Below are positions 36,783 to 46,684 of a DNA stretch of 64,000 bases, piece after piece. Within the stretch, counting starts at the first letter, position 1; each line of letters starts with the position of its first letter. A model generated the notes under the pieces. It was not told where the DNA came from. It was given only the letters and a program-made list of their open reading frames with translations, and ran no database searches. The position numbers and the translations under genes were made by a program. The stretch lies in assembly GCA_016186915.1 (NCBI GenBank), contig JACPKU010000006.1, forward strand, positions 249,619-313,618, read 5' to 3'. The DNA is from Candidatus Doudnabacteria bacterium (GTDB lineage Bacteria > Patescibacteriota > Doudnabacteria > UBA920 > O2-02-FULL-48-8).

Positions 36783-37272
36783 AACCTTCTAAGGTTCTTT
36801 TTGCAGAACGTTGTTTCAGTTTCTTTCTGATAAAACGGTTTGCCGCTGGAACTCCTTCGGTGACTAAATTTGCCAAAAATGTTTCGGCCGGAGCTTTTCG
36901 GCGCACCCTTCTTTCTAAAATTGCTTGTCTTTCTTCGCGCTTCCCTTGGTATTTATGTTCCAGATCTTGTAACTTAGAGTGTACCTTTCTCAATCCATCG
37001 CCATGAATCACGAGAATATTACTGACATTATTAATAGTTCTGGAAGTAACCCTCAAAGCATTTATTATTTCTTCATAGGTTTGACCTTGAAGTAGTCGTC
37101 GCGCAATTTCTAATCTTTTAGCGAACATTTTGTATTCCGTATGTGTAAACAAATCTTTAAACAGCAACCTGATATCCTCCTTAGAATCCATCAGAGTAAA
37201 TGCGGCCCATAAATTGTTCACATAGTGACCAAAATGCTCGGGATCTAAATGTAGTCTTGAAAGTTTTGTCAT
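36781..37272 (-). CDS. TrpR/YerC-YecD-like HTH protein
   Basis: LFKDLFT.TE..M.AKRLEIARRLLQGQTYEEI...L.VTS.TI..VS; probable start MTKLSR at 37272. Confidence 0.88.
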   Translation of the reverse strand: MTKLSRLHLDPEHFGHYVNNLWAAFTLMDSKEDIRLLFKDLFTHTEYKMFAKRLEIARRLLQGQTYEEIINALRVTSRTINNVSNILVIHGDGLRKVHSKLQDLEHKYQGKREERQAILERRVRRKAPAETFLANLVTEGVPAANRFIRKKLKQRSAKRTLEG

Positions 37273-37280
37273 TTTTTTTT

Positions 37281-37310
37281 CACATTCATACACGACTGTA
37301 TGAATGTATT
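37281..37310. repeat. Palindromic repeat A, upstream of the TrpR-like gene
   Basis: 8 bp before the ATG; identical to 36753-36782. Confidence 0.97.
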
Positions 37311-37323
37311 GTATCAATAAACT

Positions 37324-38289
37324 TTACGACTTCACAAGGTTTGGCGGGGTTTGGCCTTTCAGCGCAGCGTTAATATTCTCTGCCGCCACGCGGCTCATAT
37401 TATCTCTGGTTTCAATGGTGGCGGAAGCAGTGTGCGGCGTGATGACAATGTTTTCAAGCTCTGCCAGACCCGGAGTGAGTTCTGGCTCGTGCTCCCAAAC
37501 ATCGATGCCAGCGCCGAATATATCCTGCTTCTGCAAGGCTTCCAGCAAGGCTTGTTCATCCACCACTGGACCGCGTGATGTGTTGATTAAAACAGCGGTT
37601 TTTTTCATCAGCTCGAATTGCGGCGTGGAAATCAAATGTTTAGTTTCTGGAGTCAACGGGACGTGAACGGATATAAAATCTGAAGTCTTGAGCAACTCCT
37701 CCATGCTCACGGCCCTCGCCCCTATCTCTTGATCCAAATCTTTATTTACACTGTCACGATCATAATAAACCACCTTCATCCCAAATCCTTTGCTTGCTCG
37801 CCGAGCTAAAGTGGAGCCGATTTTTCCAAGACCAATAATACCCAATGTTTTCTCGCTCACATCCTGACCCAAAAGCAGAAACGGCTGCCAGCCTTGATAC
37901 TTCCCCGCTCTAGAAAATCGGTCTGATTCTACGATCCGCCGCCCCACAGCGAGTATCAGACCAAATGCATGATCAGCCACCGAACCAGTCAGAATGTCCG
38001 GGGTATTGGTCACTAATACATTGCGAACTTGGGCGTCCTTAATATTGATATTATCAAAACCCACAGCATAGTTAGCCACGATCTTAAGCTGTTTGCCGGC
38101 CGCATCCAATATTTCACCATCAATCTGGTCCACCAGCTGCGACAATATGCCGTCTGCGCCAGCGACCGCGTCTTTCAACTCTTCCCGACTTAAGGGTCGA
38201 TCAAGAGGCGAGACTTCCACTTCGTGTCCGGCTTTTTCCAAAACATCAATTCCGATTTGGGGAATTTTACGGGTAACGTATATTTTCAA
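37324..38289 (-). CDS. D-2-hydroxyacid dehydrogenase (glyoxylate reductase/D-glycerate dehydrogenase)
   Basis: AVGFDNI, GLGKIG, INTSRGPVVDE, TPHTAS. Confidence 0.93.
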   Translation of the reverse strand: MKIYVTRKIPQIGIDVLEKAGHEVEVSPLDRPLSREELKDAVAGADGILSQLVDQIDGEILDAAGKQLKIVANYAVGFDNINIKDAQVRNVLVTNTPDILTGSVADHAFGLILAVGRRIVESDRFSRAGKYQGWQPFLLLGQDVSEKTLGIIGLGKIGSTLARRASKGFGMKVVYYDRDSVNKDLDQEIGARAVSMEELLKTSDFISVHVPLTPETKHLISTPQFELMKKTAVLINTSRGPVVDEQALLEALQKQDIFGAGIDVWEHEPELTPGLAELENIVITPHTASATIETRDNMSRVAAENINAALKGQTPPNLVKS

Positions 38290-38290
38290 A

Positions 38291-39268
38291 TTATATCTCC
38301 TTCGCTCTGAATTTTTTATTTTTTCTCAAGTAGCTTTCGATTTGTTTCTTGGTTTGCAGTCCTTCGTGCGGGCCAATGTGCAAAACCACGTTGCCCCCAT
38401 TGATCGTTCCCCAAGCCATAGCCTCGGGAACTGATTTGCCATAGTAGATAGCAGAAGTAAAAGCCGTGCCGAAACTGTCCCCTGCGCCCGTGGCTTCGAT
38501 CTTGGGGCCTGGGTATTCCATCATATACCACACCTTATTAGCGTCAGAAGCATAAGAACCATCTCTGCCATCTGTGATCACTGCGATCTTGGCTCCCAGC
38601 TTGTGCATCCCCTTAAGTAAAATTTTGACATTTCTGGTTTGCTGTTTCAAAACCAACTGCGCCTCTTCTCGATTGAGCGCCAAGATTTCGGTATGTTTAT
38701 AAATCTCTTTCAGCTTAGTCGTGCCCATCCGCATCTGAAAAGTGCCGGGATTGAAAGAAAGTTTTATTTTGGGATGGCGATTTAAAAACTGAGCAAACTG
38801 TTTATGGAACTTTTCTGTCCCTTGAGCCATGGAAGAAAAATAAATCCATTTGGTGTCCAAACTTTTGGGAAGTTTATAGTCAAGCTTATTGTGCTTGATG
38901 AGGATAGTGCGCTCACCTTTAAAGTTCAGGACGAAATGAAAATTCGTCTGCCTGCCCTTGTTCACTTGGATATAGCGGGTGTCCACTTTTTCTTTTTTTA
39001 GCTTATCTATAATGCTCTGGCCCTGGAGATCATCGCCGATTCCCGTTATAAACGCCGGTTTCATGCCGAGCCGGGAAGAACCCACAGCATTATTAGTGGA
39101 GTTGCCTGCCGGCAAAATAGTCAGTTTCTCGTAAGGAATTTTGTCTGCATAGCTCATGCACAGCTGGCAGTCAGTATGATCCACTTTGCAGTTAACTGAA
39201 GCCTCGTGCAGTTCTATGAAGGCGTCTATAGTTGTATCACCAATTGATACAATGTCATATTTAGGCAT
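38291..39268 (-). CDS. PfkB-family carbohydrate kinase
   Basis: N.AVG.SRLG, N.EEA, ATGAGDSFG. Confidence 0.92.
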   Translation of the reverse strand: MPKYDIVSIGDTTIDAFIELHEASVNCKVDHTDCQLCMSYADKIPYEKLTILPAGNSTNNAVGSSRLGMKPAFITGIGDDLQGQSIIDKLKKEKVDTRYIQVNKGRQTNFHFVLNFKGERTILIKHNKLDYKLPKSLDTKWIYFSSMAQGTEKFHKQFAQFLNRHPKIKLSFNPGTFQMRMGTTKLKEIYKHTEILALNREEAQLVLKQQTRNVKILLKGMHKLGAKIAVITDGRDGSYASDANKVWYMMEYPGPKIEATGAGDSFGTAFTSAIYYGKSVPEAMAWGTINGGNVVLHIGPHEGLQTKKQIESYLRKNKKFRAKEI

Positions 39269-39386
39269 TTTGTTTCGAAAAGATAATTTTCTTCGTCCTT
39301 ATTATAATGAATTTAAATTGTTTTGTAAACCTATTCTCCCATAAGTAACAACCCAGGTTCGATAAATCCCTAGTTGTTACAAATAA

Positions 39387-40358
39387 CTATTTTCGTTTTA
39401 CTACTGCTTGAACTGCTTTAATAATCGCCTTGCTGTCCATGCCCCATTTAGCAATCAATTCATTGGGTTCGCCTGATTCGCCAAATTGGTCTGGCATGCC
39501 CACAAATTCCTGCGGCACGGGATAATTTTTAGCAAGTGCTTCCGCAACTGCGCTGCCTACGCCGCCTGTTACTTGATGTTCTTCTGCACTAACCACACAC
39601 CCGGTTTTTTTCACAGAAGCAATCAGGGCCTGTTCGTCAAGTGGCTTAACTGAAACCAAATTAATCACTTCGCACTCAATTCCTTCTTTGGAAAGTTCAT
39701 TGGCAGCCTGCAGGCTGTAATAAACTTGCGGCCCAGCGGCGGCAATGGTGCAATGCTTGCCTTCACGATAGATAAAGGCCTTGCCGATCTCAAACGGGGT
39801 ATCTTCTGTCGTGAATTTTGGGGTCTTTTCACGGGCCAATCTAATATACACCGGCCCCTTATGATTTGCAGCCGCAATTGTAACCTTGCGCGCTTCAATA
39901 GCGTCACATGGCACCAACACGGTCATGCGCGGCAACACCCTCGTAATTGCAATGTCCTCCAAGGCCTGATGAGTAGCACCATCCGGACCCACTGAAATAC
40001 CTGCGTGTGAACCGATGATTTTCACATTATTTCCTGAATAGCAAATTGCCACGCGAATCTGATCCCAATTGCGGCCAGGAGAAAATACGGCATAAGAAGT
40101 GACAAAAGGAATTTTTCCTTCGTGAGCCATACCAGCGCCGAGGCCTGCCAAGTTTTGCTCGGCCACACCCACTTCCACGTACCTTTCTGGAAACTGCTTG
40201 GCAAACTCCAAGGTCCTGGTGGACTCCACCAGATCGCAACACAGCGCCACCACATTCGGGTTTTCCTTGCCCAAAATCACCAAGCCTTCCCCATAGCCAT
40301 TCCGGATCGGAGCTTGTTCGATGTCAGGAGAAAATAAATTGTCAGCTAATTTAACCAT
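39387..40358 (-). CDS. Transketolase, C-terminal subunit
   Basis: GVAEQN, GPDGATHQALED, EEHQ..GG.GSAVAE. Confidence 0.95.
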   Translation of the reverse strand: MVKLADNLFSPDIEQAPIRNGYGEGLVILGKENPNVVALCCDLVESTRTLEFAKQFPERYVEVGVAEQNLAGLGAGMAHEGKIPFVTSYAVFSPGRNWDQIRVAICYSGNNVKIIGSHAGISVGPDGATHQALEDIAITRVLPRMTVLVPCDAIEARKVTIAAANHKGPVYIRLAREKTPKFTTEDTPFEIGKAFIYREGKHCTIAAAGPQVYYSLQAANELSKEGIECEVINLVSVKPLDEQALIASVKKTGCVVSAEEHQVTGGVGSAVAEALAKNYPVPQEFVGMPDQFGESGEPNELIAKWGMDSKAIIKAVQAVVKRK

Positions 40359-40367
40359 AAATATAGT

Positions 40368-40643
40368 TCAATTCTCTTTCGGCGTAAGATTTTTCCTATT
40401 CTCGGTATCTGCTATATCTGCCATAATCACATCCAACTCTTCTGGAGAAAGATGGAGTAGGTTTGCGGAGCCAGGTTCAAGCTCCAATATTTGTCTGGCC
40501 AAGGTTAAGGCCTCTCCACCTAATTCCGCCACAGATCCCCAATCGTCCTGTCTTTTAGCTGTCTCCATGGCGGTTCTCACCTCCCGGTATCCCATCATTA
40601 ACTCTTCCAGCGCCACTCTTTTTTCCACTTCTGGATTATTCAT
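40368..40643 (-). CDS. Hypothetical helical protein between the transketolase subunit genes
   Basis: 91-aa ORF overlapping the upstream stop codon. Confidence 0.65.
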   Translation of the reverse strand: MNNPEVEKRVALEELMMGYREVRTAMETAKRQDDWGSVAELGGEALTLARQILELEPGSANLLHLSPEELDVIMADIADTENRKNLTPKEN

Positions 40644-41487
40644 GTTCGCTCCTGATCCTCCCTCCCAAAGTCCGTAGTTCTTTCAACGCCTGCCTCGCCT
40701 CCTCCTCTTTCGGCGGTTTGCCGTGCCACTCATAGCGGTATTCCATAAAGTCCACGCCTTTGCCAGGAATTGTGTGGCAAATAATCAAAGTCGGATTTTC
40801 CGCAATCGCTTTGGCCCTGTTGCAAGCATCAATGATTTCTTGAATATTATGTCCGTCTACCTCCACCACGGTCCAGTTCATAGCTTCATATTTGGCACGC
40901 AGTGGCTCAAGCGGCATTACTTCTTCCGTATAGCCGTCAATCTGGATGTTGTTGCGGTCCATCAAAGCCGTGAGGTTTCGTAAATTATATTTGCCGGCAA
41001 ACATCGCGGCTTCCCAGGTTTGGCCTTCTTGCTGTTCGCCATCAGACATTACGCAATAAACCCGCCAAGGTTTTTTGTCCCAATAAAGCCCGCTATAAGC
41101 CATACCCGCGGCCTGGGATAAGCCTTGGCCCAAAGGCCCAGAGGAATTTTCAGCTCCCGGCAGGACTTCGTTGTGCGGGTGCCCGTGCAGACGGGTACCG
41201 AGTTTACGCAATGTAGCCAGCTCTGAGTGCGGAAAAAAACCCGCATGCGCCAAAGTGGCATACCATACAGGACAGATGTGGCCGCATGATAAAACAAACC
41301 GATCCCTTTCAGGCAGTTTGGGATTTTGCGGATCATAATTCATCACGCCAAAATAAAGCGCAGTAAATACATCGGCCATACCCAAAGGGCCGGCGCTATG
41401 TCCAGACCCGGCATGCACCAGCATCTTGATAATATCCTGCCTTATTTCATTGGCTTTGTCTTCAAGTTGTCTAATGTTCGCTCCCAT
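40636..41487 (-). CDS. Transketolase, N-terminal (TPP-binding) subunit
   Basis: GSGH, DRFVLS.GH, GPLGQGL, SDGE.QEG..WEA. Confidence 0.95.
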   Translation of the reverse strand: MGANIRQLEDKANEIRQDIIKMLVHAGSGHSAGPLGMADVFTALYFGVMNYDPQNPKLPERDRFVLSCGHICPVWYATLAHAGFFPHSELATLRKLGTRLHGHPHNEVLPGAENSSGPLGQGLSQAAGMAYSGLYWDKKPWRVYCVMSDGEQQEGQTWEAAMFAGKYNLRNLTALMDRNNIQIDGYTEEVMPLEPLRAKYEAMNWTVVEVDGHNIQEIIDACNRAKAIAENPTLIICHTIPGKGVDFMEYRYEWHGKPPKEEEARQALKELRTLGGRIRSEHE

Positions 41488-42137
41488 CAAGAAATGTCCT
41501 TGATTAATTCCTCAATTGTTTGTTTCTTATTTGCCGACTTGGCGATTGCTGAGCCGGCCACAATAATGTCTGCGCCGGCTTCCACGCATTTGCGGGCGAT
41601 GCCGACTTTCACGCCGCCGTCCACTGCAATTATCGCATTCTTTTTTAGTTTTTTCAACTCTTTTATCTTTTCGATTGTCTCCTTCTTAAACTCTCGTCCT
41701 TGTGCCCCAGGATGAATCCCCATCAACTGCACCAGATTCACTTTGTCCAAATATTTAGCGGCTTCAAATAGCTTTACTTCCGGATTAATTACCAATCCGA
41801 TATGCAAGTTCAATTTGTGCGCTTCGACAATGCTGGCGTTGACTTCCTCCTCGTTTTCAAAAGCGTCAAACTGCACGAGCACTGTGCCAAAACCCACGCG
41901 CTTGGCCGCGGCAAAGTACTGCTTCGGGTCAAAAGTCATAAAATGGGCGGTCAAGGAAAAAGGGGACTGAAAAAAATCCAAACTTCCGACCTCTAAAGTT
42001 TTATGCGGCAAATATTCGCCGTCGATAAAATCTATGTGAAGTTGTTTGAAGTGATGACTCAATGCAAAAAGTTCCGAATACTGCTTTCGGAAATCGGATA
42101 AATCACCAGTCAAAATTGCGGGTGCTAATTCAGCCAT
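41487..42137 (-). CDS. rpe: Ribulose-phosphate 3-epimerase
   Basis: HIDFIDG, M.IHPG.QG, AVDGGV, VAGSAI. Confidence 0.9.
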   Translation of the reverse strand: MAELAPAILTGDLSDFRKQYSELFALSHHFKQLHIDFIDGEYLPHKTLEVGSLDFFQSPFSLTAHFMTFDPKQYFAAAKRVGFGTVLVQFDAFENEEEVNASIVEAHKLNLHIGLVINPEVKLFEAAKYLDKVNLVQLMGIHPGAQGREFKKETIEKIKELKKLKKNAIIAVDGGVKVGIARKCVEAGADIIVAGSAIAKSANKKQTIEELIKDIS

Positions 42138-42589
42138 CAAAGATTCTCGTCAATCTTTTTAACTTTGTTAAGCCTGCGGACATAGCGCTCGGTGTTTTTA
42201 TCAAACGGCGTGTTTAAAAAAGTATGCACGATTTTTCTGGCATTTTCCAGAGTTAAATAGTCAGCTGGCAAGCATAAGACATTGGCGTCGTCGTCATTTC
42301 TGACTTTGTAAGCCGACTTTTCCGTCCAAGCCAACCCCGCCCGAACTCCTTTGACCTTATTCGCCACAATGCACTCCCCTTGGCCGCTGCGACAAGCCAA
42401 AATTCCAAGCGAATCAGGATCATTGCCCACTTTTAGTCCCAAGTCCCAAGCATAGTCTGGATAATCATCTTCCGGTACAAAGGTAAAAGCGCCCAAGTCT
42501 TTGTACTCGACATGCCACTCGTCAAGCCACTCCTTGATTTCCTCTTTGAGTTTGAACCCGCCGTGGTCAGCCCCTAGATAAACTTTCAT
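42137..42589 (-). CDS. rpiB: Ribose-5-phosphate isomerase B
   Basis: GADHGGF.LK, DDYPD, C.SG.G..I.ANK..GVRA, DANVL. Confidence 0.93.
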   Translation of the reverse strand: MKVYLGADHGGFKLKEEIKEWLDEWHVEYKDLGAFTFVPEDDYPDYAWDLGLKVGNDPDSLGILACRSGQGECIVANKVKGVRAGLAWTEKSAYKVRNDDDANVLCLPADYLTLENARKIVHTFLNTPFDKNTERYVRRLNKVKKIDENL

Positions 42590-42605
42590 AGCCTCTCTTC
42601 TCCCG

Positions 42606-42656
42606 TTCCCGCGAAGGCGGGAATCTAATTACTGGATCCCGGATCGGAGTCCGGGG
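42606..42656. repeat. REP/dRS3-like double hairpin
   Basis: TTCCCGC-GAAG-GCGGGAA followed by CCCGGA-TCGGAG-TCCGGG. Confidence 0.7.
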
Positions 42657-42660
42657 TGGT

Positions 42661-43437
42661 TCATGAATGAATGCTTTCCCTATAGAATTCATGAACCACC
42701 TCCCAAAAATCTCCCGGGTCGAGACTGGCCGCCCCGACCAAGGCGCCATCAATTTCTGGATACTTGGTGTATTCATGGACATTATTTTTGTTCACTGTCC
42801 CGCCATACAGAATCAACATATTTTTCGCCCTTGCCTCTCCCACTTCGTGCGACAACAACTCTTGAATATGTAAGATTAACTCTCTGGCATGCTCGCCGCT
42901 GGCGTGTTCTGAATTTTTCACAGTGGAAATCGCCCAGGTGGGTTCGTAGGCAAACACTATTTTCTCTATCTGTTTTCTGTCCAGATTCTTAATGGCGGCG
43001 TGGAATTGTCTGGTCACCAGAGGCTTCATTTCGTCTTTTTTGGCTGCTTTGTCTCCTCCTAAACATACCACAGGCACGAGTCTGGTCTTTAACACTTGGA
43101 CTATCTTTTTGCTAATCATTTCTTCTGTCTCACCAAGATAAATCCGTCTTTCAGAATGCCCTAAGATGACATATTTTACTTTCCATTGTTTAAGCTGACT
43201 GCCGGAAACCTCACCAGTCAAAGGGCCGCCATCCAGCCAGCTGACGTTTTGCGCGCCCAACACCACGTTGTGGCTGGTATGATTAAGGGGTGCTAAAAAC
43301 ACTGCCGGCGGACACACACAAACTTCCAGGTTTTCTTGCACCAGATGCATTTTGTGCTCTATGGGCAAAAGAATGCCCCGCGCCTGCTCAATAGTTTCAG
43401 GGTTCATCTTCCAGTTGCCGATAATAAGCTTTGTCAT
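42661..43437 (-). CDS. tpiA: Triosephosphate isomerase
   Basis: GNWKMN, GHSERR, AYEP.WAI, LYGG.V, LVGAASL. Confidence 0.95.
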   Translation of the reverse strand: MTKLIIGNWKMNPETIEQARGILLPIEHKMHLVQENLEVCVCPPAVFLAPLNHTSHNVVLGAQNVSWLDGGPLTGEVSGSQLKQWKVKYVILGHSERRIYLGETEEMISKKIVQVLKTRLVPVVCLGGDKAAKKDEMKPLVTRQFHAAIKNLDRKQIEKIVFAYEPTWAISTVKNSEHASGEHARELILHIQELLSHEVGEARAKNMLILYGGTVNKNNVHEYTKYPEIDGALVGAASLDPGDFWEVVHEFYRESIHS

Positions 43438-43439
43438 AA

Positions 43440-44438
43440 CTAAGGCTGTCTTAACGTGTCCGCGGCTACTTCGGGGGTTATAGTATTCACATACACATCC
43501 GAGCCAAGCTCAAACCCTCCCCAAACTTTTAATCTCGGCAAAACCTCCAAGTGCCAATGATAGCTATCATAGCTATAGCGCGTAAGTAAATTGTGGCTGA
43601 CTGGCATGGTGTGAATGTAATAATTGTAAGCGGGATTGCCCAGTTTGTAATAAAGCTTTTGCAGGACGTATTTCAAAACCAGGGCCAGGGAGTGGCGTTC
43701 TTGGGTGGAAATTTCCATAAAACTTGCGCGGTGGGTTTTGGAAATGATTCGAAGCGCATACGGCACGCGCGAGGCGAAAGGCGCGAACACCAAAAAATCT
43801 TTGTGATCCAGCACAATTCTGTCTTTATGTTCCAATTCTTTGAGTATAGTCTCGCAGTAAACACAAGCGCCATGATCCTGATAAAATAAATAACTGCCTG
43901 TAACTTCTTGATGCAGATGCTCAGGCACAAACGGCGTGGCAAAGATCTGCGAGTGAGGATGGATCAAGGTGGCGCCGGCATCGCGGCCATGATTTTGCAC
44001 CACGTGCACGTACTGGATTTCCGGATGCTGGGAAAGTTCGCGCATCCTTTCTTGATATACCCTCAGGTTCAGATCCATCAAATCATCCGGCAAAAAAGCC
44101 GTCATAATATTGTGCTGGCGCGTGACCAAAACCTCGTGGTCTCCTATTCCTTCGCGGACAACATAAAAATCCGACCGGCTGCGGCCACCTCTGTGTCCCA
44201 AGGCTTCGAATTTGTTGGGAATCACCCTGACCTTCCAATCCTTGCCTTTGGGATACGAGGCAATCTCCTGATTATATCCCTCATTTCCCGGACAAAAAAC
44301 GCAAGTCTTTTCCACGGCGGGCAGGGTTTTGGGATCAGGAGTAGCCGGTGGGGTTTTAAAATCTTCCGGCCGGCCTTCGCGGTTAGGCGCAAACAACACC
44401 CACTGCTTGGAAACTATATCTTGTCGAAATTCACTCAT
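43440..44438 (-). CDS. galT: Galactose-1-phosphate uridylyltransferase family (HIT)
   Basis: C.FCPGNE, NHG..AGATL.HPHSQ, HWHLE..PRL. Confidence 0.9.
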   Translation of the reverse strand: MSEFRQDIVSKQWVLFAPNREGRPEDFKTPPATPDPKTLPAVEKTCVFCPGNEGYNQEIASYPKGKDWKVRVIPNKFEALGHRGGRSRSDFYVVREGIGDHEVLVTRQHNIMTAFLPDDLMDLNLRVYQERMRELSQHPEIQYVHVVQNHGRDAGATLIHPHSQIFATPFVPEHLHQEVTGSYLFYQDHGACVYCETILKELEHKDRIVLDHKDFLVFAPFASRVPYALRIISKTHRASFMEISTQERHSLALVLKYVLQKLYYKLGNPAYNYYIHTMPVSHNLLTRYSYDSYHWHLEVLPRLKVWGGFELGSDVYVNTITPEVAADTLRQP

Positions 44439-44967
44439 TAATAAATTTTACCGTGCTGATAATGTCGTCGATTATTGAGCTTGTGCCGCGAATCACAAAC
44501 AGCCGGCTATCCGGCCTTACCAGCACAACAATTTCTTCCTGGCCAGTGCTTAGTTGATTGACAATCCTTGGCCCGTCTATGCCGCCAATTGGCACTCGCA
44601 CTTCGCTGACATTATCCAAGGCCGCGCGGATAGCTGTTTCGTCGCTCGCCCGCTGAACAGACACGCTTACCTGCTCATTGGCGATACTGTCTGACTCAAA
44701 CAAGATGATGTTATCAGCTGGAGATTCCAATACCCAGTCATTGGGGTAGCGCAAAGAAAAACCCAAGTTCTTGCTTTGGTATGTGCGCCAGGCATTGACC
44801 TCATTGAGATTACCCACCACTTCGCGATCAAAATTCTCATTAGTAACCACGATATAGCCGACTAATCCGATGGCAATAAACACTGCAATCGACAAGGTCC
44901 AAATCAGCCATCGGTGCGGGCTCAAGCTGTGGGTTTTCTTTTTTCGACTGGTTGTTTGTTTTGGCAT
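44431..44967 (-). CDS. Membrane-anchored PsbP-like-domain protein
   Basis: TM then WRTYQSKNLGFSLRYPNDW...IISTVKF. Confidence 0.75.
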   Translation of the reverse strand: MPKQTTSRKKKTHSLSPHRWLIWTLSIAVFIAIGLVGYIVVTNENFDREVVGNLNEVNAWRTYQSKNLGFSLRYPNDWVLESPADNIILFESDSIANEQVSVSVQRASDETAIRAALDNVSEVRVPIGGIDGPRIVNQLSTGQEEIVVLVRPDSRLFVIRGTSSIIDDIISTVKFINE

Positions 44968-44995
44968 ATTTTTTTAGTTTTAAATTTGATGTACG

Positions 44996-45403
44996 CTAGC
45001 CTGCTCGATAGTCGAGATACGCCTGCAGGATGATTTGCGCCGCGATGTTGTCTTTAATCTCCTTTTGTTTCTTTTCACTTAAGCCTTGCTGGTCCAATAA
45101 TTTTCCGGCCTCGATGGTAGTAAATCTTTCATCCAAATATTCAAGAGGAATTTTTAATTTTTTTTTCAGCTGTGAAAAAAATTTGTCCACTTTGCTTGCC
45201 GATTCAGCTTCTTCGCCAGCGAGATTCAAGGGCTTACCAATGACTATTTTCTCAATTTTTAATCTGTCAACCAACTTTACGATTTGATCAACCGCCTTTT
45301 TGTTATCCAAAATCTTTTCAAAAGGGAAAGCGATTCTGCCTTCCTCGTCCGAGATCGCGGCTCCTATTCTGACTTCCCCCCAATCCAAAGCCATGATGCG
45401 CAT
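44996..45403 (-). CDS. yqgF: YqgF/RuvX pre-16S rRNA nuclease
   Basis: ALDWGEVRIG.AISD, DERFTT, D..AA..ILQ.YLD. Confidence 0.95.
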   Translation of the reverse strand: MRIMALDWGEVRIGAAISDEEGRIAFPFEKILDNKKAVDQIVKLVDRLKIEKIVIGKPLNLAGEEAESASKVDKFFSQLKKKLKIPLEYLDERFTTIEAGKLLDQQGLSEKKQKEIKDNIAAQIILQAYLDYRAG

Positions 45404-45409
45404 AAGAAT

Positions 45410-46651
45410 TTATTTCGTTTCGCCCAAAATCACGGTTATTTCTTTTTCTTCTCCTTCGGACAAAACCCTCATCTTGACTGTGTCTCCGGGATCAAAATTT
45501 TTCAAAGCGCCCGCGAGACTGTGATCGCGATCGATCCGCTGAGAACTGACCTGTAAAATTATGTCTCCTTCTTTCAAACCGGCCTTATCCGCCGCCGAAC
45601 CCTCCACCACAGCCGCTGCCCCGGCACCGCCCACAATCAACGCCCCATAATCCACTTTCAAGTCGTTTTCCTTCTGGATCGTTTCATTGACCAAAACATA
45701 TCTCACGCCCAAAAACGGCTTAACAATTCGGCCAAATTTTTCAAAGCTTTCAATGTCCTTCTTTATATCCTCGGAAGGAATCGCAAAGCCGATTAGCTGG
45801 CCTTGAGAATCAATGGCAGTGTTTATGCCAATCACCGAGCCGCCGATGTCTAAAAGCGGTCCGCCGGAATTTCCCGGATTAATGGCGGCGTCGGTCTGCA
45901 CTACTCCTTCTAACTGTTCGGAGCCGCCGTGGCCAGAGGCGGTAATGGTTCGCCCAATCCCCGAAACCACGCCGGTGGTTACGGTATTTCTGTGGCCCAG
46001 GGAATTGCCAATCGCAATTACTTTTTGTCCGATTTCAAGGTCAGTGGAATCGCCCAGTGGAATGGTCGGCAAATCCTTGGCTTCGATTTTTACCAATGCC
46101 AAATCATTAACCGGGTCAATCGATAAGACCTTTGCGTCAAAACTTTTCCCGTCATTAGTCAGCACCGTGTAGCTGGCAGCAGAATCGATGACCACGTGCT
46201 TGTTGGTGACAATCAGACCGTCACTGGTAACAATAAATCCGCTTCCGCCGCCGACCACTTGGACGTTCGGCTCGCTTTGCTCACCGGGATTCCGGAATTG
46301 AAAGAAGGGATCAAAGCTAAACGGGCCGAGATCAAACGGTGAAGAGCTAAATCCCGGTACCTTGTTCAAGTCCTTGGAAATGATGATGGAAACCACTGCC
46401 GGAGCGGCTCTTTTCACCACGTCCACCACTGCTGATTGCTCGTTGACCTGAACAAAATTCACCCCTCCAGAATTGACGTTGTCCAATCCCCGCTTCTGGT
46501 AAAAAGGGACAATGTAAAAGGAAGCGAAAACTGACCCAGCCACGCCGAATAAGAAACTGATCAAAATTACTGCAGGAATTAGCCTGCTTTCAGTTTTTTT
46601 TGGTGTCTTGGAAGGTAAATCCGAGGTTAAACTGGTATTTTTCGACAGCAT
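45410..46651 (-). CDS. htrA: HtrA/DegP-family serine protease with a PDZ domain
   Basis: GSGFIV, TNKHVV, QTDAAINPGNSGGPL. Confidence 0.95.
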   Translation of the reverse strand: MLSKNTSLTSDLPSKTPKKTESRLIPAVILISFLFGVAGSVFASFYIVPFYQKRGLDNVNSGGVNFVQVNEQSAVVDVVKRAAPAVVSIIISKDLNKVPGFSSSPFDLGPFSFDPFFQFRNPGEQSEPNVQVVGGGSGFIVTSDGLIVTNKHVVIDSAASYTVLTNDGKSFDAKVLSIDPVNDLALVKIEAKDLPTIPLGDSTDLEIGQKVIAIGNSLGHRNTVTTGVVSGIGRTITASGHGGSEQLEGVVQTDAAINPGNSGGPLLDIGGSVIGINTAIDSQGQLIGFAIPSEDIKKDIESFEKFGRIVKPFLGVRYVLVNETIQKENDLKVDYGALIVGGAGAAAVVEGSAADKAGLKEGDIILQVSSQRIDRDHSLAGALKNFDPGDTVKMRVLSEGEEKEITVILGETK

Positions 46652-46684
46652 ATGGTAATTTATTATAACAAACTTATTAAATAT

